NCBI RefSeq assembly: GCF_964188315.1
Contig: NC_135658.1
Coordinates: 68,448,001-68,512,000 of the forward strand
DNA: 64,000 bases
Direction: 5' to 3'
Origin: Podarcis muralis
Taxonomy: Eukaryota
This document shows, piece after piece, positions 46,814-59,912 of this stretch (position 1 is the stretch's first letter; each line of letters starts with the position of its first letter). The notes below the pieces were generated by a model. It saw nothing but the letters and a program-made list of their open reading frames with translations. It did no database searches and was not told the origin of the DNA. A program made the translations under genes and the position numbers.

Positions 46814-47577
46814 GTGAGACTATAGTACACCTTCCTTTCCCCCCCCCCCTTTCTTTAATGCATACTGAGAATCTGATATTTAAAAAGTCTAAGAGAACAA
46901 TAATGCCTTTGTAACTTTTCTAGACAAAGCAGTTTACAAGCCACATATCAAACATACTAGGGGGGAAATTATGACCACAAAAATCTCAGAACAATATTTT
47001 GAAACATTGCTAAAAGCCATGAAGACTGATACTAATACTGCATAATATAAAATAAAGAGAGTTGGGCAAAACTTGTGGAGTTCAGCCATTCAGATCAAAT
47101 TAGTTGCTGAAGGCACTGATAAAGAGGTCTTTAAGATCCATTTAAAACCCACAAGGGATAAGATTTGCTTTATAAGGACCATTGTAACCAATGACATGGT
47201 CTAGGGTATTGTTCATAAAGGATTTCACTTTTGTACGGTCTAATTAAACTTTCTTTTTTAAAATTTAAATTTAAACTTAACAGGGTTTCTGCAAAATTGA
47301 ATGTTGGTCCTTTACAATGAAATAACAGTGTACGTTGAAATCATTAACAAAAAGTGTCCATTTGACTGTTAATAATACTGAAATCACTCCATTTCACCTT
47401 AAAACAATACAGACTTTGGTCCGTTTCCTCATATTATACTGTTTTCTTAGCAGATGTGGAACATGGCACAGTTTCCAAAGTATTAACCTAATGCATCATC
47501 CCCCCTTATTTATGATTTGTAGATTAATAATGTAGATGTCTAGATGTGACCTTTTCCCTTTGTGTTGATTTTTCCAG

Positions 47578-47728
47578 TTACGCGAAGAGTTTGACCGTGG
47601 TGTGGATGTAATGTTGGATGAAGAACACAGCATTCATGATGTGGCTGCTTTGTTAAAGGAATTTCTTCGTGACATGCCTGATCCACTCCTGACTAGGGAG
47701 CTTTACACTCCTTTCATCAATACTCTCC
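47578..47728 (+). CDS. ARHGAP6: ARHGAP6 exon 7 ([50 protein letters not shown])
   Basis: tttccag|TTA ... CTCC|gtaagc; 151 nt, phase 0 to 1; contains the Rho[17 protein letters not shown] motif. Confidence 0.97.
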
Positions 47729-49413
47729 GTAAGCAGAGCAACCTCCTCCTTTACAGATTCCTTATAAACCTACACCACACAAACTCTGCGTAAGGTGTAA
47801 AAGTGCAGTTGAAATGATTTGTTCCTAAATGAACCTGTTTAAAATGTGCGTAGGGTCCTAAACACTTCTTTGTTAAATTTTTGAAATGCGGGAAACTTAA
47901 AACAGCTGCCAAGTACCTAATGTGGTTTAATGGGTGGAGTTCGGAGTATGGGCTAAGGATGAAGTCCCTAGATAAAGTAATCAGTTCTTGGTGTGTAAAA
48001 TGAGAGTTGGGAGGACACAAAAGTATTTTGATTTCTGAGCGTGAAGTAGATGATGACTATATTCTTAAGTTGGCAAAAGAAAAGTTGGCTCTGCCATTAT
48101 TTCCCATTATACTTATTGCCTGTTCCTGATGAACCTCTATGGCTAATCCTAAACAGCTTTCCTCAACCTGGTGCCGTCCAGATGTTTTAGACTGCATCTC
48201 AAGCGTGGCCAGTTGCCAATGTTCATCATGTGTGCATGCAAATTGACTGCAGTTTGTAAAGCTATTATGCTTTCCCAATCTTTAAATAGTAGTGCCAAGC
48301 ACTTGGGGTTGTAGCCAACATTGTGCAAGTGAAACACAAGTACAGACTACAGGTCTCTCATTTCTTTCCTTCCTGCAGCCCTGCAGAGCACAATTTTCTT
48401 CACCGATTTTTCAGTAATGCCTCCTATCCACTGCAGCCATTTACAACACAACCCTTACTCCCTGAATGACCCCTGACCCTGTAGAGAAGCTTTTTGGGGA
48501 GTGCAAGTGTTGGAGGGCAGAATGGAGGAAGGGAAAAATTTGCTGTGTAAGCTTGCCTCCCACTTGTGGAATATTGGATCCATTGTCTACCTGGAACTAA
48601 TGTGAGAGACAATGTATGATTTTGTCCACTTGTACACAATGCTGACAATACTGTATTCAGCCCCACTCACTGATTTAGAATAAGAGGAAAAATGTGATCT
48701 ATAGTTGAATTTTCTCTAGAAACTTCCTCAAATGTTGATTTCATGTTATCCTGAGATGAACTCCGTTAGAATATACCTGTTGCTTCATCAAGTTGACGTG
48801 AATCCTGTTTTTTTCTAGACTAGAGCTGTGCACGAATGCCTCTTGAATTTTTTCTTCCTATTCTCAGGGACGGGATTCAATATTATCAGTGACAATGGTG
48901 AAGCTTATTTTCTTTTCTCAACAAGTGACAACTGCAGCAACCATGGTGGCAGCCTGGCTACCATTTTGCATTCCCCACAATGGCTCAAACCTAGCATTAT
49001 CCCAGGTCATGGGAGAAGAGAGGAATTGGTGGCCAGTGATGAAGAATAGTCAGAGAAAATTCTGTGAAGTGGCCTTTTCTTCTAGCGAAATGAGAGAAAA
49101 TTCTCAGAAACTGAGAAAAAGGGAGATGTTTTGGCTCAGCTCTAGATTATGTTCTTGTACAGGCAACACCAGTTTTGCTTGTGTTCAAAGAACATGCAAC
49201 AATGCACACATGGGCTGTTTTCAGACCCGGAAGAGGTTGTGACGGGGGTGGAGTGGGGTGGAACAGGAGCAAATTGGGGGTTGCCTGCATTTAATTGCAG
49301 TTGATATAAATTATATAGGAATATCATGTCAGTTGAGAGATATGTAACATGCCTGTCCTGGTGTACATAACCATGAGCACATTCCTTAGAGTACTTTCCC
49401 CCCTCTCTTTTAG

Positions 49414-49562
49414 TATTAGAGCCCCATGAACAACTAAGCACCCTGCAACTTCTTATTTATCTTCTACCTCCCTGCAACTGTGACACCTTACATCGACTCC
49501 TCCAGTTCCTTGCGACTGTAGCTAGCCATGCAGAAGACAGGATAGACCAAGACAGCCAGGAT
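49414..49562 (+). CDS. ARHGAP6: ARHGAP6 exon 8 ([50 protein letters not shown])
   Basis: ctcttttag|TA ... GAT|gtaagt; 149 nt, phase 1 to 0; not in the ORF track. Confidence 0.96.
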
Positions 49563-50366
49563 GTAAGTTCAGATCATTCATTTTTTCTATGGCTATTTCT
49601 GGAGGATGCTCTGAAGAACAGAGAACTGAATCCACACACACACACACACCCATTTGCTTAATTTTCCAGTACAGCATCTTTGTGTTTATTAACAGTTTCC
49701 ATGTTTATTAATATTTTTTATTGTTAACAACAAAATAAGTGATTTTTCAAAAGTGGCTTTGATATTTGCTGCATTGCGAACAAAAAAGGGGGGGAAAGAA
49801 ATGCTTTAAAATGAAAATTCCAACCCGAATGTTTTGATTAAATTTCATATATAAAGAAATTCTAGTTGGAAACAAAGCATTGGCTGTGTTTAACTCCTCT
49901 CTCCTTCCCTAAATCATACTAATCTTGGTAAATTTTATTGCAGTTATTATAAGTTAGCAATTCCTATTTCATCTTTTCAATAGTTTTGTAAACTTTAATT
50001 TTAAATAATGGATAAAGTATACTGTACACAATTTCCTTTGGATTATTTGTGCTCTGGTTATAGATTTCTTTTGGAAGTTGAATATTAGGATATGTTCTGT
50101 GCTTTCCAAATATTACTTTCCCTTACCTCATGCATTGCAGCATAAATATGGGAGGGATACCCTCACAGAGGAGTTTTCCACTTCAGCAGTGCAAGTTTCC
50201 AGTAATCACCGGTGCTGGAGTGGAAACTTACCACTTTATGTGGCATTTGTATAGAAGAGCCTGACCACTGAAAAGCAGCTTATCAGAAATAAATTCAGCC
50301 TGCACTAAATTCCAGGCAGCCATTCACAGAATCAGGTAACTCAACTTTATTTCTGTTTTGTTCCAG

Positions 50367-50546
50367 ATTCCTGGCAACAAAATGACATCACTTAATCTAG
50401 CCACTATATTTGGACCTAACCTGTTGCACAAACAGAAGACAACAGACAAAGAATTTACCGTTCAAAGTACAGCGCGAGCTGAGGAGAGTACTGCAATCAT
50501 TGCTGTTGTACAAAAGATGATAGAAAACTATGAAATGCTTTTCATG
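50367..50546 (+). CDS. ARHGAP6: ARHGAP6 exon 9 ([20 protein letters not shown]...[11 protein letters not shown])
   Basis: ttccag|ATT ... ATG|gtaggc; 180 nt, phase 0 to 0; contains the RhoGAP NKM..NLA.IFGPNL motif. Confidence 0.97.
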
Positions 50547-51407
50547 GTAGGCAAAGTCTTCTTTCTTTTTCATTATTGCAGGTTATGAATACACTTCCTA
50601 ACTTTTCTCCTGTGCTTTAATTTCAAAACATGCAGTGCTCTCTATTTATATATTATATATCAGCTGTGACATTGCCTTTTTAATGTACGGCAAAACACTG
50701 CTGAAAAAGACTATTGTCAATATGTGGTGAAAATCTCATGAGATAAAAAACAAAACACCAGTTTAGCATCATGAACTTGAGATAGCATCATATATTTTCA
50801 GTTGTTGATAAATAAAGTCCCTTATGTATTAGCATACAGTGTTTTTATCCTGTGGAGTACAATTCTTTGAGAAGTAGCTCCATAAGAATTGCAGATGTTT
50901 CTCACTTCAGAAGGAAAAAAAGAATGAACATGGATGCATATTCCTTCACACACATTGAAGGCCTTCCATGGTAAGGTGAATAGTGTGGATTATGAGGTTG
51001 ACAATTAGAGCAGAAAGGCCTTGGGAACTACAAAATTATTGCTCACTTGCATATGAGGTAGAAAGTGCAACAGCAACTCATAATGAAATTCAAAACAACA
51101 GTTAGTGTTTCCACAGACTGTCATGTTTTCTGTGCAGTAAATATAAAATAAGCATATTTCATCAAACTCATCTTTCATCAAGGTTTCTCTTCTGCTCCAG
51201 GGATATTCCCACAGGTATTCATGCACACTTCCCAGTATTTTTTAATTGGCAATAAACTTCTACAAGATAGCACATTCTTTTGCACACGTGGGTACTATGG
51301 TTGCATAACATTATTACTTAGCTTGAAGTAATACAATAACTGTATCTGACACCTGCTAAGCAGAAGAGGGAGTGATGCTGATTATTCGTAGCCCAAATGG
51401 ACTAGAA

Positions 51408-51542
51408 CAGACATAGGCAAACTTGGCCCTCCAGATGTTTTGGGACTACAACTCCCATGATCCCTAGCTAACAGGACCAGTGGTCAGGGATGATGGGAAA
51501 TGTAGTCCCAAAACATCTGGAGGGCTGAGTTTGCCTTGCCTG
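51408..51542. mobile_element. hAT-type palindromic MITE
   Basis: Perfect 8-bp TSD GACTAGAA (51400-51407, 51543-51550). Confidence 0.88.
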
Positions 51543-51599
51543 GACTAGAAGGATCAGTTCATGTGGCACAATCCCAAAAACTAAAGGCTTCCTGTTTCC

Positions 51600-52290
51600 T
51601 ATTGTGGCCCCAAAATGCCCATGGGAAGTCCACAAACATGATATAAATTCAATTGCCTTCTCCCACTGTTCCTACCCAGTGACTGGTGTTTACATGCATA
51701 ATGCCTTCAATCCTGGAGGTAATGCATAGCCATCAGTAGCGTTATCCTCTATGAATTTGCCTAATCCTTCTTTAAATCCATCTATGTGATCATTGCCACA
51801 TCTTGTTGAACCAAATTCCATACTTTAATTATATGCTATTGAAGAAGTACTCCCTGGAGAAAAGAAGTTCAGGCACCAATTCTGTTTAACACAGAGCAGA
51901 GGATATTACAAACCAGAGGCCAAGGCTGCTGCTGCCATGTAGTTCTCCCTTCAAACAGCTATCTTGATGGCACTGAAATGCTTACAAGAGGGGACTGATA
52001 TAGTTGGCCTCCTCCCTTGCTAACGACATGGGTGGTCCTGGCTGCCTTGGCCGCAGAAGTCTCTCTTCGTAGAGACAGTTGAGTTCCTTGCAAACCCTTT
52101 TTGTTTTTACCACCCTGAGTAATTTGGTGTCACCAGCAAACTTGGCCACCTCACTGCTCATCCATATCTCCAGATCATTTATGAACAAATTATAAGGCAT
52201 TGGTCCCAGTGCAGATACTTGGGAGAGTCTGCTTCTTACATCCTTCCATTGTGAGAAGTGTCATTTAATTCCTTCTCTCCACTTCAGCTG
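51600..52290 (-). mobile_element. CR1 LINE fragments (RT segment plus 3' end)
   Basis: Minus ORF 51982-52200 (NLFINDLEIWMSSEVAKFAGDTKL) is a decayed FADDTKL RT motif. Reversed CR1 3' sequence lies at ~51600-51850. Confidence 0.72.
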
Positions 52291-52878
52291 TTACAGAACA
52301 AAAGTGCCCAAACCCTAAGATAGCTTCCCCACCCCCCTTTCCACTTTCATATTACAGTTGCTATGGAAAATCTCCATCTGGGTACAGCCTTAGAAAGATT
52401 AAATACTTACAGCAACATGGTACCTTATGTAAGTAACTGAAGTATAGCTAAAGCAATCAAGTGTTAGAAGGCAACTGTGGTTAATATCCATGGTGTCTTC
52501 CTGTACAAATAGGTTTCTTCTTCCAGCAAATGATTGATTGAGTTTGTTTGTGGGTGTGTTTTGTTTTTTTTTGTGCTGTTGACTTTTTACATGGTGCAGT
52601 GGCAGCCATGGGAGCCTTTGGTTGAAGAACCTCCATCTGATCAGTGGAAATGGCCAACATAGTTAATGCTATTTGTAGCTTCTGGAAGAGAAAAATATGT
52701 CATTGAATGTATGCTGGACATGAATAAAAATATTTTATTCTGTGAACTATATATACATGATCTGGTTTCCCTTATAGTGGAAAAATGACTCTCAATTCCT
52801 ATGACTTCTCCTTTTTTGAATCACTTGTTGTCAGTATTGATTGATTGGTTGATTGATTGATTGATTGTGGGTTTAATA

Positions 52879-53228
52879 AAGGTAAAGGTAAAGGGACCCC
52901 TGACCATTAGGTCCAGTCGTGGCCGACTCTGGGGTTGCGGCGCTCATCCCACATTATTGGCCAAGGGAGCCGGCATACAGCTTCCGGGTCATGTGGCCAG
53001 CATGACTAAGCCACTTCTGGCAAACCAGAACAGCGCACGGAAACGCCATTTACCTTCCCGCCAGAGCGGTACCTATTTATCTACTTGCACTTTGACGTGC
53101 TTTCGAACTGCTAGGTTGGCAGGAGCAGGGACCGAGCAACGGGAGCTCACCCCGTCGCGGAGATTTGAACCGCCAACCTTCTGATCGGCAAGTCCTAGGC
53201 TCTGTGGTTTAACCCACAGCACCACCCA
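52879..53228 (-). mobile_element. Sauria SINE copy 6
   Basis: 11-bp TSD TGGGTTTAATA/TGGGTTAAATA (1 mismatch). Confidence 0.94.
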
Positions 53229-55912
53229 TGGGTTAAATACTGCATAGCAAATGTTGATGCACAGCAATGCCCTTGGGCAGTGTATGGAGCAACACATTTC
53301 GATGCATTACTCTACAGCCCACATTTATGGGGCTGTATGATGAGATGAGAAGGCAAGAGGGAGTGGATAAATATTTGTGGGGAAAGCAGGGTTTGTGGGT
53401 ATGTTTTATTTAGTTCAATGCAATTGAAAATACTTCTAATTAAGAAACTGAAGTTTAAAAGCAGTGTTATAGTATTGCGACACAGTCAGTTTGCATTCTG
53501 CACATTGCTTTTGAACCAATGTCAAAAAGTAGTAGTATAATAGTATTGCCACTGTGTTTGACTGGAAACAAGTGAAGTGCCTAAGGCAGAGACTGGTAAC
53601 CTCCCACCCTCCAGATGCTGTTGGACTACAACTCCCATAAACCCACATCATGGCATGGGGAAGATGGGTTTAAACCCCCTTCCACCAAGTTGCTTCCCAA
53701 ACACTAAAGTCTGCTTTTAACTTCCTTATAAGCAAACAGGAGTTTCTGACATGGAACACTGACATCTCATCTAATTGCATCCTAAATCTGATGAGCACAG
53801 TTGTTCTGGCTGGGGCTGATGGGAGTTGTAGTCCAAAACATCTGGAGGGCTTCAGGACACATGGGCTCTTGCTGCTTTGGCTTCTCACTTGCATCCTGTT
53901 CCTTCACCTTAATCTTCAAGCACAATATACAAATTGAGTTAAGATGCTCCTTTCGGTTCATGCAGAACCTTCCTTTTCTGAAGCCCATAAAGGATATATT
54001 CTTTAATTCCAAAAGACAGGTTCTAAATATAACGAGGTGGGGTCCTGCTTGTGGGGTGGGGGCAAGTTATCTTGATTCCCGTGCACCAGTCCCTACACTG
54101 TTTCTGAGTGTCCTTCAGTCCTCAACAGTGTGGGGATATTGGCTGCTGCAGTGGAAGATCAGTAAAAGAAGCTTCTCCTTCTGTCTGCCAGCAGGAGCTA
54201 ACAGGAGCAATGTTTGGACACAACCTCTTAAATAAACAAGGATATTTTATTTCTCTAATGTGGGGGGGAGAGAGCTAGGGTTAAAATATTGAGCTAGTTA
54301 TTCACTGGATCATTGCAGCTGTAGTAGCCTTTTTCTACCACATCTTTCTTACAATCTGTCATAGATTGCAGGGTGCGGGCAGTGTCTGTCTTCTTTGCTT
54401 TTTTTAGAGCGGGTTTTATTATTTTGTTGGAGCTGATAAATATTTTGCCTCTTTGTAGGCCAAGCTAAGTGCCTTGCTGGATGCAAGGGAACAATGTACC
54501 ATTTCAAATGACGTGTTTATAATTAGAGAGTGCCTGCGGATGTGTGTCAGTTTGACATCAGATACGTACAGTGGAAAAGCATCTCCGTAGAGATTCTTCC
54601 TATTTGTGCCAATGTGTTTATTGACTGAACTGAACTGCTTCAGTGGATCTGGCTCAAACCTCTGCCCCGATTTAGCTGCTATAGTGGAATATACTTATAT
54701 CGAGCTATTTGTGCTTATTTCTTCATTTGCTGTCAGCATTTTGTCTAAGAGAACAACAAGGTGTGTGAGTCTGCAAATTGGACCCTCATAGTCTTTGCTA
54801 AGGTGGTAGATCGATTGACAGATATAGGCGTGTTGACTCTTTGTAGCAAATGCTGATAGTTCCCTATCAAGCAGCAGCAAATTGTTTTTCAAACCCCAGA
54901 AGTGGTAAGAGGCCAGGGCTGCTGTTTATAGTTAAGACTTTGACATTTGCACTAGTTTCAAATAGAGAAACATTTGGACGAGAGCGTGGATCCACAGCGT
55001 ACAACTTCAGTGTGTTGCTGCCAAGTTTTCTTTTGCTCCTCCAGCTGTGACCGGTTTCACCACTGAAACTGGAGCAAGATATGCGAAATAAAATCCAGTA
55101 GAACAGAATGTGATATTTGGCCTACTGCATGGGTTTATCGTCAGGTCAGAATGGTTCTGCTTGTCAGGATGGATACATAATATTACTACAGGTTGTTTGT
55201 GTTTCTTCAGTGAATTAGGATCAGCAATCTGCTGCTGATTTTAGTTCTGTAGTAAATAGTCAGGTATCAGTTTCACATATTTTTCAAAGTTGCAGCAGAA
55301 CAAAATAGAGAATACGCGCACTCTACAAGTAAATTCTAACTTAATACATGGAGCTGTATTACAAATTCTTTCCACAGGGATGTGTTAAAATCCTAAATAA
55401 TCTGTCAGGATGATGGAGGCTCAGTTTGGCATTTTTTTGTGAACAGGAGTCAAACTTGAAAGCATTGTGTTTGTGTGTGTGTGTGTGCGCACGCGCGTGC
55501 TGTTCTGCCTCCCAAGATCATTCCATCCCAGTGTGAGTCATGAATGCCAGGTCTCTGCCAGGTGTTGTACAGCCCATTAAAGTCAGATATGCATGAATGA
55601 AATAAAATGTGTTACTTATAATAAAATTTAAAATGAAGAGCAATTTAACAGACATGAAAATCATTGCACACCTCGTTCTTTTCGTAAGCATGATGAGTAT
55701 TGATGTTTTAGAACAAATTATGCATTCAGCAATATTGTCTGATACTTGATCAATATTTTATTGAACGATCAGTAAGAGCAATCTTTCTGCAAACTGTGTA
55801 CAGTCCATTATTTCATATTATTAGAACCACAGTCCTGTGCACTTATGCATAGTAAGGAAGAAATGAGTGGAAAGAGAGAGCAGTTGTTAAATAATAATGC
55901 TTTCCTTATATA

Positions 55913-56077
55913 CCGTATTTTTCCATGTATAAGACTAGGTTCCCCCCAAAAAAAATAATGTCACAAATTAGGGGGGGTCTTATACATGGATATATCTCCC
56001 CCCATTTTCTTAAATCTGAGTCCCCAAAATCTGAGTCCCCCCAAATAGGGGGAAATCTTATAGATGGAAAAATACGG
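55913..56077. mobile_element. Tc2/pogo-like MITE (165 bp)
   Basis: TA-CCGTATTTTTCCATGTATAAGA ... TCTTATAGATGGAAAAATACGG-TA. Confidence 0.88.
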
Positions 56078-56222
56078 TACTTATTTCACACAAATAGTTG
56101 TAATCATTGATCAGTTGTTCTGTAGTGTGTTTGTTTCATTTTGTTGAAGCTTAACCTTTGACTATATAGTACAACAGTGCATGATTCTGTACTCACCTTT
56201 CTGATGCTTCATTCATTTATAG

Positions 56223-56320
56223 GTCCCTGCTGACCTTCAAAACGAAGTTCTGATTAGTCTACTTGAGACTGACCCAGATGTTGTAGACTATTTGCTGAGA
56301 AGGAAAGCTTCTCAGTCATC
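56223..56320 (+). CDS. ARHGAP6: ARHGAP6 exon 10 ([32 protein letters not shown])
   Basis: tttatag|GTC ... TC|gtgagt; 98 nt, phase 0 to 2; not in the ORF track. Confidence 0.96.
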
Positions 56321-56981
56321 GTGAGTAATTTGTTTTCCTTTTCCTTCATTGTTTCCACCAGGGATGTGTTTTCTAGCTGAATTATTCAAAAACGTCTAAT
56401 TTCAAACCCTCTTACATTGATTCAAAAGAACAAGAATGTGCTGTCAACAGTTGTGTCTATTTCATAACTTAATGTGAGTGGTTGTGATTCTAGTGCCTTT
56501 AGAATCATTAAATGGTCTTTATGTTTATTTTCCATAGTCCATTTGCTTATGAAATAGGCAGGAATCTGTAATAAACTAATTTAATTGGTTCCATGGCAGG
56601 AGTTTTTAAGCATCTTCAATGATATGTATTAATCAGTAGCCTGGTTAGATCGGTACTCGTGAATGCTGATGGGGTTCATCTTTCACATAGCCGTGATCCT
56701 GATGTTCACTGAGGGCACAGAAATTCCAATATGTGCATACATGTTCCTTATACAATTCAGCAAAGTGGATAGAACTGTGTACACAAAAGGAACTGGCTCC
56801 CCCATTGTAGGGAATATACTTGGTACAGGATGGTTTGCACATATTGGGCACACAGAAAGTTTTGGATCATATCCGTGTTAATTTGTTTCTAGTGCGTGCC
56901 AATGCAGCTGTTAGAATCTCAATAGCATTCTCCGCTATACATTCAGTCATTTTAAAGGTTTCCTGGACAGAGTTCAGAACA

Positions 56982-56983
<2 letters not shown>

Positions 56984-57063
<80 letters not shown>
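56984..57063. repeat. Compound (TC)n(AC)n microsatellite
   Basis: Direct reading. Confidence 0.95.
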
Positions 57064-57065
<2 letters not shown>

Positions 57066-58301
57066 TGTTGTGTCATCAGTCCAGTAGCTTGCAGCTGAGT
57101 TCCATGCAGATGTGTTTATCTTCTTTGAAAAGCATGATGGCAATTTCTTAAGAAACTATGTTCAAATGATGGTTGCAAATTGCAGTCACTGTACTTCCCA
57201 GGTCAACAATGGAAAATGTATGTGTCTGAGACTTATGACAGAATTGTCACTAACCTATTGTTCTGCTGCTAGTAAAATTTGTTCTTTTTCCATTCATTTC
57301 ATTAATAATGAGGTACCTAGAAATCACTTTTTATATGTTTTAATGTTAGCGTGTTTCCAGCCGTCATTGCGAAGTCATGGGAAAAAATTTGGCTAGAAGA
57401 TGAGAGGGACAATTGTTCCACATGAAAAGAATGTGATCCTCATAAGACGTGGCCCGTTCCCATTCCCGTTTGGAGAAATGGCTACAAATAAACTGGGCTG
57501 TCCCTCCCCCCCATGAGAAGTTGGAATGTGAGATACGCATTTAGTTAACAACAGCCACCAAAATCTATAACCACATATCTCTTGGGACTATCCTGGTTAC
57601 ACTTGATTATGGATTTTAAATCTGGACAAATGACAAGGAAAATGGTGAAACTCAACAGTGTGAAGTAAACACATGTCCAGCAGTGGAAATAATTGGTTCC
57701 ATGCAAAATATATGAGAACTACTCCAACACTTCTTTCTCAGGATGGCTGTCTTGAGACTGCTACTTGTAAAGTGTACGTTGTGCCTCTCTGGCCTTTTCA
57801 CTCAATGCTTTCTCGCCTCTGCTTTTAACTGATTGCCGATGTTTCCATTTCCTCTTATTGGCGTGCAAAACAAAGCTTGCCATGTTTACTACATATCCTG
57901 TCAGGATGGAAACGAAAAAATTCAGCTGTGTTGGGCATTATGTAATATTGCTTGCTACTAACACTACTGGAATGACCATCTATTTCTGGATTGCCCACCG
58001 ACTTACATACCTGGATTTGCAAGGATGAATTTTCAGTTCTTCATCAGTATACTAATATAACTAACCAAAAAACTGGCGGTGAAAGCTTTCTTGTTAAATC
58101 TCTTATAAAGCAGACAGTGTCCATCTTAAGCTTTTATCAGGGATTCTTTTTATAAGAAGGACAAGGCTTATTCAAGGTAAGGTAAGACTTTATGTAACTT
58201 GGAAGTTTGTTGTATAGTATTTCCACGAATGTTTCCCTTCACCCCACCCTCCACATTTCTTGTGTTATGTCACTTTATTAGATATCTCCTACATAATAAT
58301 T

Positions 58302-58635
58302 AGCGATGCGGGTGGCGCTGTGGGTTAAACCACAGAGCCTAGGACTTGCTGATCAGAAAGTCGGTGGTTCGAATCCCCGTGACGGGGTGAGCTCCCATTT
58401 CCCACCTAGCAGTTCGAAAGCACTTCAAAGTGCATGTAGATAAATAGGTACCACTCCGGCGGGAAGGTAAACGGCGTCTCCGTGCGCTGCTCTGGTTCGC
58501 CAGAAGCGGCTTAGTCATGCTGGCCACATGACCCGGAAGCTGTACGCCGGCTCCCTCGGCCAATAAAGCGAGATGAGCGCCGCAACCCCAGAGTCGGCCA
58601 CGACTGGACCTAATGGTCAGGGGTCCCTTTACCTT
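58302..58635 (+). mobile_element. Sauria SINE copy 7 (intact A and B boxes, ~20-bp internal deletion)
   Basis: TSD TACATAATAATT (58290-58301, 58636-58647); TGGCGCTGTGG and GGTTCGAATCC. Confidence 0.95.
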
Positions 58636-59037
58636 TACATAATAATTTGCCAAATTTTATATTACTTTCCAAAACTGAAATACAACTATTACATATACAT
58701 GTCAGGGAACCTTTTTTATCCTTTGATTGTAAAAATTACATTGTAGAGAAAACCTTCAGTGTTAACACAAGAAGTGAGTTCTGTTTGAATTATAATTTCA
58801 CCTGACATATTCTGCAAAACTTCTGTTGTTGTCTTTTTGAAACATCTGTTGATTTGTTTTCGATATATTGTGGCAGTGGCTTTTTTTTTTTTACTTATGT
58901 GGTGTAGAAAACAGTCTCCATTGTTATAGAAGTACTTTCATCCCAGTAGCGGTGGACCTGCCTTGCGCGCTTGTTGTTGAAACGCACCATTGATTTCCCT
59001 GGGCTGAACTTTCTGTTTTTGTGTCAAACTTTATCAG

Positions 59038-59303
59038 AATCCCTGAAATGCTCCAGTCAGAAGGTTCGTTCTCCATGGAAGGCCGACATCCATCCATAGA
59101 CTCAAATCGAGCCTCGAGTGGTGACATCTCGCCTTATGACAACAACTCCCCAGTGCTCTCTGAAAGGTCTCTTTTGGCAATGCAAGACGATATGGCCCTC
59201 ACTTCCGAGTCAAAGTTATTCAAAGTACCAGAGCAATGTACATTGATCAGCAGTTTGCACCCCAAATCAAGAGAGAATTCCCTTGGATCGTGGTTTGGAA
59301 AAG
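59038..59303 (+). CDS. ARHGAP6: ARHGAP6 exon 11 ([19 protein letters not shown]...SLGSWFGK)
   Basis: ttatcag|A ... AAAG|gtacga; 266 nt, phase 2 to 1; [21 protein letters not shown] is conserved. Confidence 0.95.
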
Positions 59304-59378
59304 GTACGATCAGCACAAAAGCTAGATGTTTCTCAGTGCACTGTGATGTTATTGCTGTGTATTACATATTTTAAAATA

Positions 59379-59912
59379 CCGTATTTTTCACACTATAGGA
59401 CGCACTTTTTCCCCTCCAAAAATTAAGGGGAAATGTGTGTGCGTCCTATGGAGCGAATGCAGGCTCCTTGGCTTCAGCGATAGCAACACAAAGCCTCCGA
59501 AGCACAGAGGGAGCGCTCCCTCCACGCTCCGGAGGCTTCGCGTTGCTTTTGCTGAAGCTGGGAGAGCAAGACTCTCCCGGATTCAGCGAAAGGAACCTGA
59601 AGCCCCCAGAGCGCAGCGGGAACTCGTGCTGCGCTGCAAAGGCTTCAGGGATAGCCGCCTGAAGCCTCCGGAGGCTTCGGGTTCCTTTTGCTGAAGCCGG
59701 GAGAGCAAGACTCTCCCGGCTTCAGCAGAGAGGGAGAGCTGCGCAGCGCCCCTTCAGCGAAGCGGGAGGAGAAATGGAAGGGGCTCTGTTTCTCCTGCCG
59801 CTTCGCTGAAGGGCGCTGAGCAGAGAGGGGGAGAATTTATTTTTCTTGTTCTCCCCCTCTAAAACAAGGTGCGTCCTATGGTCTGGTGCGTCCTATAGAG
59901 CGAAAAATACGG
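59379..59912. mobile_element. Tc2/pogo-like MITE (534 bp) with several internal hairpins
   Basis: TIR CCGTATTTTTC(A/G)C(A/T)CTATAGGACGCAC; TA TSDs. Confidence 0.9.

Noticed and set aside
56820-57098. SL/HT and CV/ER dipeptide-repeat ORFs
   Set aside because: Translations of a compound microsatellite.
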